In this document: piece by piece, positions 21,513-30,568 of the stretch
Layout: each line of letters begins with the position of its first letter
How positions within the stretch are numbered: the stretch's first letter is position 1
Assembly (NCBI GenBank): GCA_965223265.1
Contig: OZ244999.1
Span: 4,096,001-4,160,000 of the forward strand
Direction of reading: 5' to 3'
From: Planctomycetota bacterium
GTDB lineage: Bacteria > Planctomycetota > UBA8108 > SXIK01
Length of the DNA: 64,000 bases
Made by a program: the position numbers and the translations under genes
The notes under the pieces: generated by a model
Seen by the model: only the letters and a program-made list of their open reading frames with translations
Told to the model about the DNA's origin: nothing
Databases searched by the model: none

Positions 21513-21880
21513 TCTTCACCTCGGAATCAGTCGGTCGCGCTCAGAAAAGGACTGTGCACGACGACAGCGGCGGATTTCGATCTCTCTTCGAGGACAAACC
21601 CTCGGGAGGACACAAATCAGTTGGTCGACGCGTGAGCGGCCTTCGGGCCGACCGTGGCATACGTCGCACGTTACTTATACCGATGGCTCTCGAAAATGGC
21701 GCCTCAAGACTTGAGCGCCGGAACGCCACAGGGCCGATAACAGACTGTGGCTGCAGACGCAGTCGCCGCCGGAGCCCGCCCGCGTCAACTTCGGCTGTAG
21801 CTCGACAAAGCCGCGCCGCACGCCCGCCGAGAGCCGCAGAGATTCTCTCTGCCTTCGGCGCCGTCGCCGCTTGAGCCCCC

Positions 21881-21976
21881 GTTTGCGTTTGCGTTTGCGT
21901 TTGCGTTTGCGTTTGCGTTTGCGTTTGCGTTTGCGTTTGCGTTTGCGTGGGCGTGGGAGTGGGCATGGGAGTGGGT
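21881..21976 (+). repeat. Hexanucleotide simple repeat (GTTTGC)11 with degenerate GTGGG(C/A) tail
   Basis: 11 perfect units at 21881-21946, then gtgggc gtggga gtgggc atggga gtgggt. Confidence 0.92.
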
Positions 21977-22026
21977 GAACTCGGTTGCGGGCGTGCGTGT
22001 CGGTGCAAGTCTCGGTCGCGCACCGC

Positions 22027-22277
22027 GAGGCTGTGAGTCTTTTTGGAACGTGCCGTCGTGCCTCACGGACACCTCCACGCTCGGACCCGGAACGGCACGC
22101 GGGAGCGTGCCTGCTACTTTGAAGATCGAGTTGGCGGTGGTAAGTGTAGAGTCGCAGGCACACGCCGTTTGCCGTGTCGCCGTGTCGCTGTTGCCGTGTG
22201 CCGTGTGCCGTGCCGGACGTGAACTAACCGTGACCGTGACCGTGAGTTGCGACGGCACTCCGCGTTCGAATCTGTCT
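22027..22277. mobile_element. Degenerate copy of the REP-containing MITE-like element at 35615
   Basis: Begins gaggctgtga...tgccgtc; internal ccggaacggcacgcgggagcgtgcctgctact and inverted gcaggcacacgccgtttgccgt; gagttgcgacggca near the right end. Confidence 0.6.
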
Positions 22278-23759
22278 CTATGGCCCCGGGACGGGATCGT
22301 CGGGCCCGATCGGCTCTCCCTGCCAGTAAGGCACACCGTCCCTGATCTCGAGCAATCGAACGCGCGATCCCTTCATGGGCGGCACGTTGACGCTTGGTAA
22401 AAAGCTCGCGAGTCGTTTCTTCGTTGCCGCGACGCTTTCGAGAGAGGCGATGTTCCTCCACTCCTCGGGATCCGTGCGCAGGTCGTAGAGCTCTTCGGAG
22501 CCGTCGGCGTAGCGGATGTAGCGAAAACGCTCGTCGCGTACGCCATGATTGTTCGGTCCGTGGGTTGTGATCGCCGGCCACTCGCGCGGCGCGCGGGCGT
22601 CCTTAAGCTGCGGCACCAGGCTGTGACCCTCGACACCGCTCGGAGCGGGCAGTTCGCAAAGCGCGGCGAGCGTCGGATAGACGTCCAACAGCTCGGCCGG
22701 TTTCGTACATCTCCCGCCGGCAGACACGCCCGGCCCGGCGAAGATCAAAGGCACACGCGTCGATGGCTCCCACAGTGTGTTCTTGCCAGTGATCAACTTG
22801 GAACCGAGGTGGTAGCCGTGGTCGGAAAAGAGCACCACGATCGTGTTGCGCGCCAGGCCTGTCTCCTCGAGGGTGTCGAGCACGCGCCCCACCATGGCGT
22901 CGACAAAACTGACACTTGCCAAGTAGGCACGCACTTTGTTTCGCCATTGACCATTCTGCCGCACCCACTCAAGTCTCGGTTCCGGTAGTTTCCAGTGGAG
23001 GTACCATGAGAACCTTGGCGTGTCTTCCCGGTCGTCTTCGCGCATCGAAGGCATTTGGAGTTCTTCCTCGGGGTAGAGGTCGAACCACTTCTGCGTCGCG
23101 AACAGAGGCACGTGTGGGTGATAGAACCCAACGCTCAAGAAGAATGGCTGCGGAGGTGGGCTACGAAGTGTCTTGATTGCCCAGTCGGCAACTTTCCAGT
23201 CAGACTGCTCCTCATCACGCTCGGGGTAGACGCCCCAGTCAACCAGCGCGTGGCTCAGGCCGGGGACGATGCGTTTCTTGGGACGCGGCGCAAAGCCGCC
23301 GTGAAATCCCCAGACGTCGACCTCAGACCCTGTCGTCCGGAGCTCTTTCGGCGGGTAGGCACCATGAAAAACCTTGCCCGTTGTCAACGTTCGATAACCG
23401 CCTGCGGTGAAGTGCTGCCACAACGTCCGATGCGATCGCCACTTTGGGTCGGTACGAAACCATGGATAGAGGGCGTAAACTCCGGACGTCGACGGACGGA
23501 GTCCCGTCATGAAGCTCGTGCGCGACGAATTACAAAGTGGCGCCTGGCAATGCGCATTTAGGAAGACGGCACCGCGACTGGCGAGGCGGTCGATGTGAGG
23601 GGTTTTCGCCTGTGGGTGCCCACCCAAACACCCAAGCCAATCGTTCAAATCATCGATGGCGATCAGAAGAACGTTCGGTCGCTCCGCGCCCCGCAGCGCA
23701 GCAGGGGACGACATCGACAACACAGCGCTAGCCAGCACGAACAAAGCGTGGAATCTCAT
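22278..23759 (-). CDS. Sulfatase (S1 family, choline/iduronate-sulfatase-like), exported
   Basis: PNVLLIAIDDL, TPHIDRLA, LCNSSRTSFMTG, GKVFH, PHVP, SDHGYHLG..K, EELYDL..DPEE; signal peptide. Confidence 0.92.
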   Translation of the reverse strand: MRFHALFVLASAVLSMSSPAALRGAERPNVLLIAIDDLNDWLGCLGGHPQAKTPHIDRLASRGAVFLNAHCQAPLCNSSRTSFMTGLRPSTSGVYALYPWFRTDPKWRSHRTLWQHFTAGGYRTLTTGKVFHGAYPPKELRTTGSEVDVWGFHGGFAPRPKKRIVPGLSHALVDWGVYPERDEEQSDWKVADWAIKTLRSPPPQPFFLSVGFYHPHVPLFATQKWFDLYPEEELQMPSMREDDREDTPRFSWYLHWKLPEPRLEWVRQNGQWRNKVRAYLASVSFVDAMVGRVLDTLEETGLARNTIVVLFSDHGYHLGSKLITGKNTLWEPSTRVPLIFAGPGVSAGGRCTKPAELLDVYPTLAALCELPAPSGVEGHSLVPQLKDARAPREWPAITTHGPNNHGVRDERFRYIRYADGSEELYDLRTDPEEWRNIASLESVAATKKRLASFLPSVNVPPMKGSRVRLLEIRDGVPYWQGEPIGPDDPVPGP

Positions 23760-23963
23760 GCCTGCACGACACCTCCGTCCCCAACGAAACACTCGGCGGC
23801 AAGTGGTCCGCATGCGCATGCGCACTCGACCTCGCGCACTGACACTCACCGCCACGGCGATGGCAACAGGGTATCACAGTCAGAGGCAATCTTGACTAAC
23901 TTCGCGCTACTGAACTGCCCACACGGTGCCCCAGAGGCCTGCGATGCGAAGCAGACACCAGGG

Positions 23964-25082
23964 TCAGCCCGTACACGCCGCGTGCAGCTCGTCGCAACTC
24001 GTGACGCTACGATCGATCGATCCGTCGTCGTCGACGTCGATGTCAACGCGCAGATCGGAGTTGTAAGTCACACGTGCAGTCTCACCGGTGTTCACGATGG
24101 TCACGATGAGCTCGCCACCGATCGGACAGTCGGTGCCATCCGGGATTTCGAGCGGTGTGACCGTTGTGAAACTGACGGCACCCAGGCAGCCCATCGACGC
24201 TTCGCCGCTGATGCTGACGAACGTCGAGCCAGTGCCCTGCTGTACCGTGACGACGAAGTTGTTGTAGGACTGCCTCGTGCGCTCACCGGTGCTGCGGTCG
24301 TTGACGTCGAGCACGCCGTCGACCGAGATCGTCGTGTCGCAGGAGCTGGGAAGATTCGCGACGACGATGGATAGATTCTCTGCCGTGATTGACGCGTCGA
24401 CATCATCGTCTACGGAAATGAAATCCATAGTGAAGGTGCCGGAGAGGCTGCCGCCGGTCGTGCACCCGGGTTCTAGACTGCCGCTGGCGGACATGGTGCC
24501 GTTGACGAAAACGCGCGCAACCTGGACGGAACTGACGCGAGACGTGATTGTGAAGTTGTTGAAAGTCGCCGTAAAATCAGTGCCATCGACGAGACCCGCG
24601 TCGCATACGAGAGGGTCATCGACAATCACTTGGTAGCTGCCGGTCACTGTGACTTCGGTGCCGCTGTCGTCTTCGACGCAATTGAGGGCAGCAACGTTTA
24701 GGATGCTCTGGTCGCCGATGACATCACATGACACCTGCAGGCTGCCGCTGGTCCCGCAGTCGATCGTCGCGACCGCCTTCTCGGCGCCGCCGACGGTGAG
24801 TCGTTCATTCACTAGGTTGCCAGCGCCCAAGCGCGAGAGAAGCCGCGACTTCAACCACTCTGATCCGTCGGTCGCAGTCCCAACGTCCGTGTCGAAGCCG
24901 ACAATCCCTTCTAGCCCAGCGACCGAGAGCTGGCCCATCGCCGCCGACGTTTCAGCGGCGTCGGCGCCTTCCGGGGGCGGAGCGCTGCTGCCTCCCCCAC
25001 TGCTGCAACCGGAGGCGACGATCACACCGATGCCCAGGATCGAGAGTGCGACGAGTCTCGCAAAACACGATGCTCTGTTCAT
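23964..25082 (-). CDS. Hypothetical lipoprotein, beta-rich with multiple Cys
   Basis: RBS aaggag; lipobox-like VASGC followed by a Ser/Gly linker. Confidence 0.8.
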   Translation of the reverse strand: MNRASCFARLVALSILGIGVIVASGCSSGGGSSAPPPEGADAAETSAAMGQLSVAGLEGIVGFDTDVGTATDGSEWLKSRLLSRLGAGNLVNERLTVGGAEKAVATIDCGTSGSLQVSCDVIGDQSILNVAALNCVEDDSGTEVTVTGSYQVIVDDPLVCDAGLVDGTDFTATFNNFTITSRVSSVQVARVFVNGTMSASGSLEPGCTTGGSLSGTFTMDFISVDDDVDASITAENLSIVVANLPSSCDTTISVDGVLDVNDRSTGERTRQSYNNFVVTVQQGTGSTFVSISGEASMGCLGAVSFTTVTPLEIPDGTDCPIGGELIVTIVNTGETARVTYNSDLRVDIDVDDDGSIDRSVTSCDELHAACTG

Positions 25083-25283
25083 GACTATCTCCTTACGCCG
25101 ATAGCGGGCGTGATCTGAGGAGATCTTCCGCGCCCGCCGGTGAGTACATCAAGACTCAATGAACGTTTTGTCGGCGCTCATCGTAAGGATCGATTAGCTA
25201 GAGAGAGCGAAGGGGAACGTGGCAAGATTTATGGCAACCCACGCCCACGATACCGGTCGTTCCCGGGGGTGAAGTCACCAGCG

Positions 25284-26654
25284 TCAGAATCGAGCTTTGC
25301 TCGCCCGAGGCAGGGGCCAATCGTCTGGCAGGCCAATCTTGGTGTCGACAAGAATCGCGAGCACGGCCTCGCGCTCCGCAGGCGGGATCGACGCCGAGAC
25401 GCCTCGAGCATTTGTTTCGCCGGTCAGCACTTTCAGCAGCTCGGTGTAGATCCAATCGAGAAGCGGCGTCGGCAACGCGTCAAAGGCATCCGAATAGATC
25501 AGATAGCTGCAAGGATACTTGAACAGCCTGGTCGTTAGATCGAGTTGACGCAGCGACCGACCCAGGCGGTCCTTGGTGCCCCGCGCGACGAATTCGTCGG
25601 CAAATCCTGTGCTGCCGCGCATCGGGACGGGCAGGGGGGCTTGCTCGAGGAGCAGCAACTCGCGCAGCAAGCGACCTCCGGCTTGAGCGATACGGCGCCT
25701 CGCGGAGGAACCGAGATATTCGCTGTCGCGGCCGTCGAGTCGGTTCAACGTCTCTTGTTGGTAGAGGGCAAGACGCACCTGATACGAGGCGGCAGCGATG
25801 GCATTGTGGAGACTCGTTTGATGGTCGTGGACCAGGAGCGCGACAAGGTCGCTGTGCGATGTGACGTAGGGCGTCGTATCAAACAGAGTCGCAAGGTCGA
25901 CATCATTTTTGTGCTGCGCCGCAAGGATCGACTCCGGCGTTGATGCGTCGCGAAGAACCCGATTGCCCATGTGTCGAGGCGGCACGTTCTTCCCCGTAAC
26001 GTACCATCCCCCCCATCGCTCTTCGATCGGTGTTGCGTATGTGACGTCGATCGTACCGGCACGAAACAGCGGCAGCCCGCTCGCCAGCGGATACACCGAT
26101 CGCACCAAGTGTCCAGGAACTCCGCGTGTGCGCCGCGAGTGGTGGCACTGAAGGCAAGAACCTCGATCGCGCTCGAAGCGCGGCGCCGTGACCGGCGACT
26201 GTACGAGGGTGTAGAAGACCGCGCCGCGTTCTGGGTCCACGGCTGAGATCTCTAAACGGTCGCCGCCTTGGACCCAGCCAACGTAGACATCTTCAGAGTA
26301 GTAGAGCGCCCTAGGTCTTCGCGGCGAGATGTGAGCCTGTTGCAGACTCGTCTTGGAAAACACGAGAAGCTGCGACGACGATGAAACGTCCAAGACCTCG
26401 AGTAGAGAATCGAGATAACCCCGCGTGCCGTGGTACTCGAGCTCAGCGTCGCCACGGTCGAGACGTCGCTGCAGCTCAGCAATCGGATCGCGCGTCGGAC
26501 CGACGTGATAGTTAAACGGCGGCGCGTCGACCTCGAACTCGACGGCGGGGACCGACTCACGCAGGAGTCCGAGCAGAACAAAAATCGTGGACAGCCCCGT
26601 GCCAAGGCGTCGCCAATGGCGCGCCCTTCGGGGCCTCTCGTGTGGAGGCATCAT
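25284..26654 (-). CDS. Exported hypothetical protein with one c-type heme motif
   Basis: CLQCH; LVFSKTSLQ, PRALY, ERWGGWYVTG, CSYLIYS; start uncertain. Confidence 0.8.
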   Translation of the reverse strand: MMPPHERPRRARHWRRLGTGLSTIFVLLGLLRESVPAVEFEVDAPPFNYHVGPTRDPIAELQRRLDRGDAELEYHGTRGYLDSLLEVLDVSSSSQLLVFSKTSLQQAHISPRRPRALYYSEDVYVGWVQGGDRLEISAVDPERGAVFYTLVQSPVTAPRFERDRGSCLQCHHSRRTRGVPGHLVRSVYPLASGLPLFRAGTIDVTYATPIEERWGGWYVTGKNVPPRHMGNRVLRDASTPESILAAQHKNDVDLATLFDTTPYVTSHSDLVALLVHDHQTSLHNAIAAASYQVRLALYQQETLNRLDGRDSEYLGSSARRRIAQAGGRLLRELLLLEQAPLPVPMRGSTGFADEFVARGTKDRLGRSLRQLDLTTRLFKYPCSYLIYSDAFDALPTPLLDWIYTELLKVLTGETNARGVSASIPPAEREAVLAILVDTKIGLPDDWPLPRASKARF

Positions 26655-26852
26655 CGTTTGAGGGCTCGAGTGTAACCCAAAGCGAGCAGGCATTTGAGCG
26701 CCCGGCGACACCCCGCGTCCCATTTGCCCAACAAATCGGCCGATAACTCTTGCGTAAGGCAAACGTTCCGCTAACATGATGGAATCGCCTCCAATCCAGT
26801 CGCGCAGCATGGCAGGAGTGTCCATATCCCACGAGACAGAGGAGTTCTCGAT

Positions 26853-27119
26853 ATGGCCGTTGAATCCGCTCAGGACCTGCATCGCAACGATACTTGGTTG
26901 TCCCAGTACCGCTGGCTTCTCCACGTCCCCGATCTCGACGGGGACCTTCGCCGACTACAACGCCTTGTGGCGTTGGCTCTAGAGTACAGCGCCGAGGGTG
27001 ATGACGTGGTCGAGGAGTTGACCGCGGCTATCCGACGCGTCGCCGGCCGCCATGCGTCGGTTCTCGAGTCGCTGAGGCCAGAGCAGCGGGCAACTCAGAG
27101 CGACATCTTTCTCGGCTAG
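26853..27119 (+). CDS. Small hypothetical helical protein (88 aa)
   Basis: AGAGGAG RBS 8 nt before the ATG; amphipathic helical composition; fills the intergenic gap. Confidence 0.6.
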   Translation: MAVESAQDLHRNDTWLSQYRWLLHVPDLDGDLRRLQRLVALALEYSAEGDDVVEELTAAIRRVAGRHASVLESLRPEQRATQSDIFLG

Positions 27120-27235
27120 TCGCCCAGGTCGCTCGTTGCCACTGAGCTCGCCAGCCGAGGATCAAGCCGCCGCGACGAGGTCAAAATCGGCGAGACGCGC
27201 CCGACCCCTTGACAACGGCGCACTGTGGTCCAACC

Positions 27236-28528
27236 ATGGTCGCTCACCCGAGAAGCGAACTCATGCAAGACCGCAAACTGCCGCCAGGTGGTGGCAACGT
27301 CATCTGGGTGCTCTGGATTACGTACGGCGCGTTTTACTTTTGCCGGACGAATATCTCGGCGACGGTCCCGAGCCTCGAGCGAGATCTCGGGCTGTCGAAG
27401 GAGCAGATCGGCCAGATCCTCGGTGCGCTCAAGCTGGCGTATGGCTTCGGTCAGTTCATCAACGGACAGCTGGCCGAGAGGGTCTCACCACGGATCTTGC
27501 TGGCCGTCGGCATGGTGACGTCTGCTGCACTTAACGTCGCGTTCGGGCTCGCCGAAGGATTCTATTTCCTCCTTTTCATCTGGGCACTCAACGGCTACTT
27601 CCAATCGCTCGGTTGGACGCCCTGCATGCGCGTCGCTGGTAACTGGTTTTCTCCGGTGCAGCGCGGCTTTGCGATTGGGGTGATCGGGACGGGATATCAA
27701 GCGACGGCGGCAGTCACCTACCTCGTCTCAACGCAGGCCGTGGAGCACTTTGGTTGGCGCTTCGCTCTGTACATTCCGGCTGCGATGCTGTTTGCGGCCA
27801 GCGTCCATATGTTGCTTTTTCTCAAAGAGGGAAGACATAGTCCTCAGGGCGGTTTGCATCCGGCCACTTCAGCGCGCGGTCGACCGCCAATCGCCAAGAC
27901 CGTCATGGCGACGCTCACGAACCCGTCGCTTTGGATCTTCGCGGTAGCTCTTGGCCTCCTGAATGCGTGTCGCTACGGTTTTCTTGATTGGGGCATCGCT
28001 CACCTGCACGAGGTGCGTGAAGAGTCGGTCGGCAAAGCGGGCATCAAGTACATGCTTCTACCTCTCGGCGGCATTCTCGGCGCGTTTCTCTCCGGTTGGG
28101 TAAGCGACCGTATGTTCGCCGGACGGCGCGCCCCAGTGATCTGCCTCCTTCTCTTGTCGCTCGGCGCTCTGACGCTTTGGTATCGCGTCGCGGTCACAAT
28201 GGGCGACGCCGCCACCATCATCACACTGGTGTTCATCGGTTTCACGATCTACGGCCCGCAAGTGCTTCTTGTGGGTACCGCCCCCGTCGACTTCGCGCGC
28301 GACGGTGCTGGCGCAGCTGCGGTAGGCTTCGTGAACTGCATGGGATACATGGGAGCGTACGCCGGGGACGCAGTCACCGGGATACTGACCGCGAACTATA
28401 ATTGGCGTGTGGCGCTGTCGTTCTGGGCGGCGTGCGCCTTTGCCGCGGCTGTTCTCGTCGCGATCTTGTGGGGCCGCAGCGCGGTCGAAGAGAAAGGCGA
28501 AAGCGCGGCGCAACCGCCCGCAACGTAG
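27236..28528 (+). CDS. MFS transporter, GlpT/UhpC (organophosphate:Pi antiporter)-like
   Basis: About 12 hydrophobic segments; FYFCRTNIS, NGYFQSLGWTP, WFSPVQRG, GWVSDRMF, YGPQVLL; start 27236 or 27263. Confidence 0.88.
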   Translation: MVAHPRSELMQDRKLPPGGGNVIWVLWITYGAFYFCRTNISATVPSLERDLGLSKEQIGQILGALKLAYGFGQFINGQLAERVSPRILLAVGMVTSAALNVAFGLAEGFYFLLFIWALNGYFQSLGWTPCMRVAGNWFSPVQRGFAIGVIGTGYQATAAVTYLVSTQAVEHFGWRFALYIPAAMLFAASVHMLLFLKEGRHSPQGGLHPATSARGRPPIAKTVMATLTNPSLWIFAVALGLLNACRYGFLDWGIAHLHEVREESVGKAGIKYMLLPLGGILGAFLSGWVSDRMFAGRRAPVICLLLLSLGALTLWYRVAVTMGDAATIITLVFIGFTIYGPQVLLVGTAPVDFARDGAGAAAVGFVNCMGYMGAYAGDAVTGILTANYNWRVALSFWAACAFAAAVLVAILWGRSAVEEKGESAAQPPAT

Positions 28529-28577
28529 CCACCGATCATCGCCCACGCTAGGAATCGCCACCCCGAGAAGGAATCTC

Positions 28578-29336
28578 ATGAAAGCCATCATCATCGGCGC
28601 CGGCCGCGGAAGACGACTCATGCCGACGACTGCCGACACTCCCAAGTGCTTCGCCGAGGTGCAAGGCCGACGGATTCTTGACTGGATCCTCGAAGCCTTC
28701 GCGGGCGCGGGAATCACAGACGTCTGCTTCATCGGCGGCTACCAGATCGACAAAGTTCGTGCTGATTACCCAAGTTTCGAATTCCGCCATAATCGAGACT
28801 GGGAGACGAACAACATCCTCGCGTCGCTCATGCATGCAGAAGATGTGATGGACGCCCCGTTTGTCTGTTGCTACTCAGACATTCTGTTCACGACCGACGT
28901 CGTCGCGAGGCTGATGCGCGCTCCCAACTCTATCTCACTCGCAGTCGACACGCAGTGGCTCGATCGATATACGCTGCGCACACAGCACCCGACCGACGAC
29001 GCGGAGAAAGTCACCGTAAAGGATGGGACGATCAATCGTATTCACCGCAGCATCGACAGCGACTCAGCGTTCGGCGAGTACATCGGTGTGGCAAAGTTCG
29101 ATGCGGCGGGCGGTGCAACTCTCATCGAGCAGTACCACCGCGCGCGCGAAGCCCACAGCGGCAAGCCGTTTCGCGAGGCGGAGGTCTTTGCTAAGGCATA
29201 CCTGATCCACCTTTTTCAGGAAATGATCGAACGCGGCGTCGAGCTATCGTATGTCGAGACTAAAGGAGGCTACATGGAGATCGACACACAAGAAGACTTT
29301 GAGCTCGCACAAACGCAATGGCGAGGTCGGGTATGA
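28578..29336 (+). CDS. Phosphocholine/phosphonate cytidylyltransferase-like NTP transferase (LicC/PntC-like)
   Basis: MKAIIIGAGRGRRL..T...PKC, GGYQ, NNILASL, YSDI, GEYIGVAKF, EIDT.ED. Confidence 0.85.
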   Translation: MKAIIIGAGRGRRLMPTTADTPKCFAEVQGRRILDWILEAFAGAGITDVCFIGGYQIDKVRADYPSFEFRHNRDWETNNILASLMHAEDVMDAPFVCCYSDILFTTDVVARLMRAPNSISLAVDTQWLDRYTLRTQHPTDDAEKVTVKDGTINRIHRSIDSDSAFGEYIGVAKFDAAGGATLIEQYHRAREAHSGKPFREAEVFAKAYLIHLFQEMIERGVELSYVETKGGYMEIDTQEDFELAQTQWRGRV

Positions 29337-30397
29337 CACCGGCGACGCTCTTCCCCAGTTCCGTCGTAGGCTCGATGCCCCGCCCGGCGTTTGTCCGGGA
29401 GCTGCTGAGTCAACAGGCTGATCTGGCACCGCACGAATTTCGCCAGGCGATGGAACGCGCTGTCGCCTACGTCGTGTCTCTGCAGGAGCAAGCCGGACTC
29501 GACGTCGTCACCGATGGAGAGTGGTGGCGAAAATCGTATATCGGGATTATCGCGCAGCTCGCACACGGATTCGAACTCAGCCAGAGCCCCGACGGACGCC
29601 CTTGGACGATCGTCGTCGATAAGCTGTCGGCGAAGAAACCCGGGGCCGTTGCTGCCGAGATCAAGTATCTCAAACAGCTGACGACACGCCGCGTCAAAGC
29701 CACGTTGCCATCACCGGCGCTTCTTGGTGAACGCATGTGGGATCGCGAACGGTCGAGTGCAGCTTACCCGACGCGTGAAGCCTTTGTTCGCGACTGTGTG
29801 CCTGTCCTACGCCGCGAGTTGGAGCTCGTACGAGACGCGGGTGCCGATATCGTACAAATCGACGACCCACACCTCTGCCTCTTCGTCGATCCAAGCGTCA
29901 GGGAACGCTACGACGACCCTGAGGCTGCAGCACTCTTCGCGGCTGAGGTCGTCAACGAGGTCGTCGACGGCGTCGATGGCGTCCACTTGGCTGTCCACCT
30001 CTGTAGGCGCGCCGGAGCTCGAGTTCGGGGCGAAGCCGAGTTCCTCGGTGGGTATGATCCGATTCTGGACGCGCTCAATCGTCTGCGAGTCCACCACCTC
30101 ACCATGGAGTTCACCGCGCCGGGCGTTGGTGATACCAGCGTGTTTCGGAAGCTCCGTGACGACTTCGAGATCGGGCTCGGTTGCGTCAGCGTCGAGCCTG
30201 GAAACGTCGACTCGGTCGACACCATCGTCAAACGCGTCGAGCATGCCCTCGAATACCTCGCAGCCGAACGAGTGACGCTCAACCCCGACTGCGGTTTTGC
30301 CCCTGGTTCAGCGGCGGAGGTCAGCCTCGATGAGGTCTATCAAAAGCTCCGAAATGAAGCCGAAGCGTCGCGACAACTGCGGGCGAAATACGGCTGA
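29333..30397 (+). CDS. Cobalamin-independent methionine synthase II (MetE C-terminal-only) family Zn enzyme
   Basis: VVGSMPRP, GLDVVTDGE, VQIDDP; Zn ligands HLC, E (TMEF) and NPDCG; ATGA overlap with the upstream gene. Confidence 0.9.
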   Translation: MTPATLFPSSVVGSMPRPAFVRELLSQQADLAPHEFRQAMERAVAYVVSLQEQAGLDVVTDGEWWRKSYIGIIAQLAHGFELSQSPDGRPWTIVVDKLSAKKPGAVAAEIKYLKQLTTRRVKATLPSPALLGERMWDRERSSAAYPTREAFVRDCVPVLRRELELVRDAGADIVQIDDPHLCLFVDPSVRERYDDPEAAALFAAEVVNEVVDGVDGVHLAVHLCRRAGARVRGEAEFLGGYDPILDALNRLRVHHLTMEFTAPGVGDTSVFRKLRDDFEIGLGCVSVEPGNVDSVDTIVKRVEHALEYLAAERVTLNPDCGFAPGSAAEVSLDEVYQKLRNEAEASRQLRAKYG

Positions 30398-30568
30398 TTC
30401 GATGAGAAAACGTCACACAGTGAACGCAGGACAACACCCCGACTAATCGTTCGTTTTTTGTTGCGCCGACTCAGATCCACCTCTAGTCTTGGCCTACTGT
30501 GTGTCTGCACGTGCCGTGGGCATGTGTCCGAGGCCTCAAACACGGGGGACCAAGCGGGAGGGCGCTTC

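Noticed and set aside
21541-22336. ORFs with TQTQ, RKRK or ANAN repeats
   Set aside because: They are three-frame readings of the (GTTTGC)n microsatellite and repeat element, with no RBS or domain
29333-30397. Naming the gene metE
   Set aside because: It lacks the N-terminal folate-binding barrel, and single-domain homologs have varied functions
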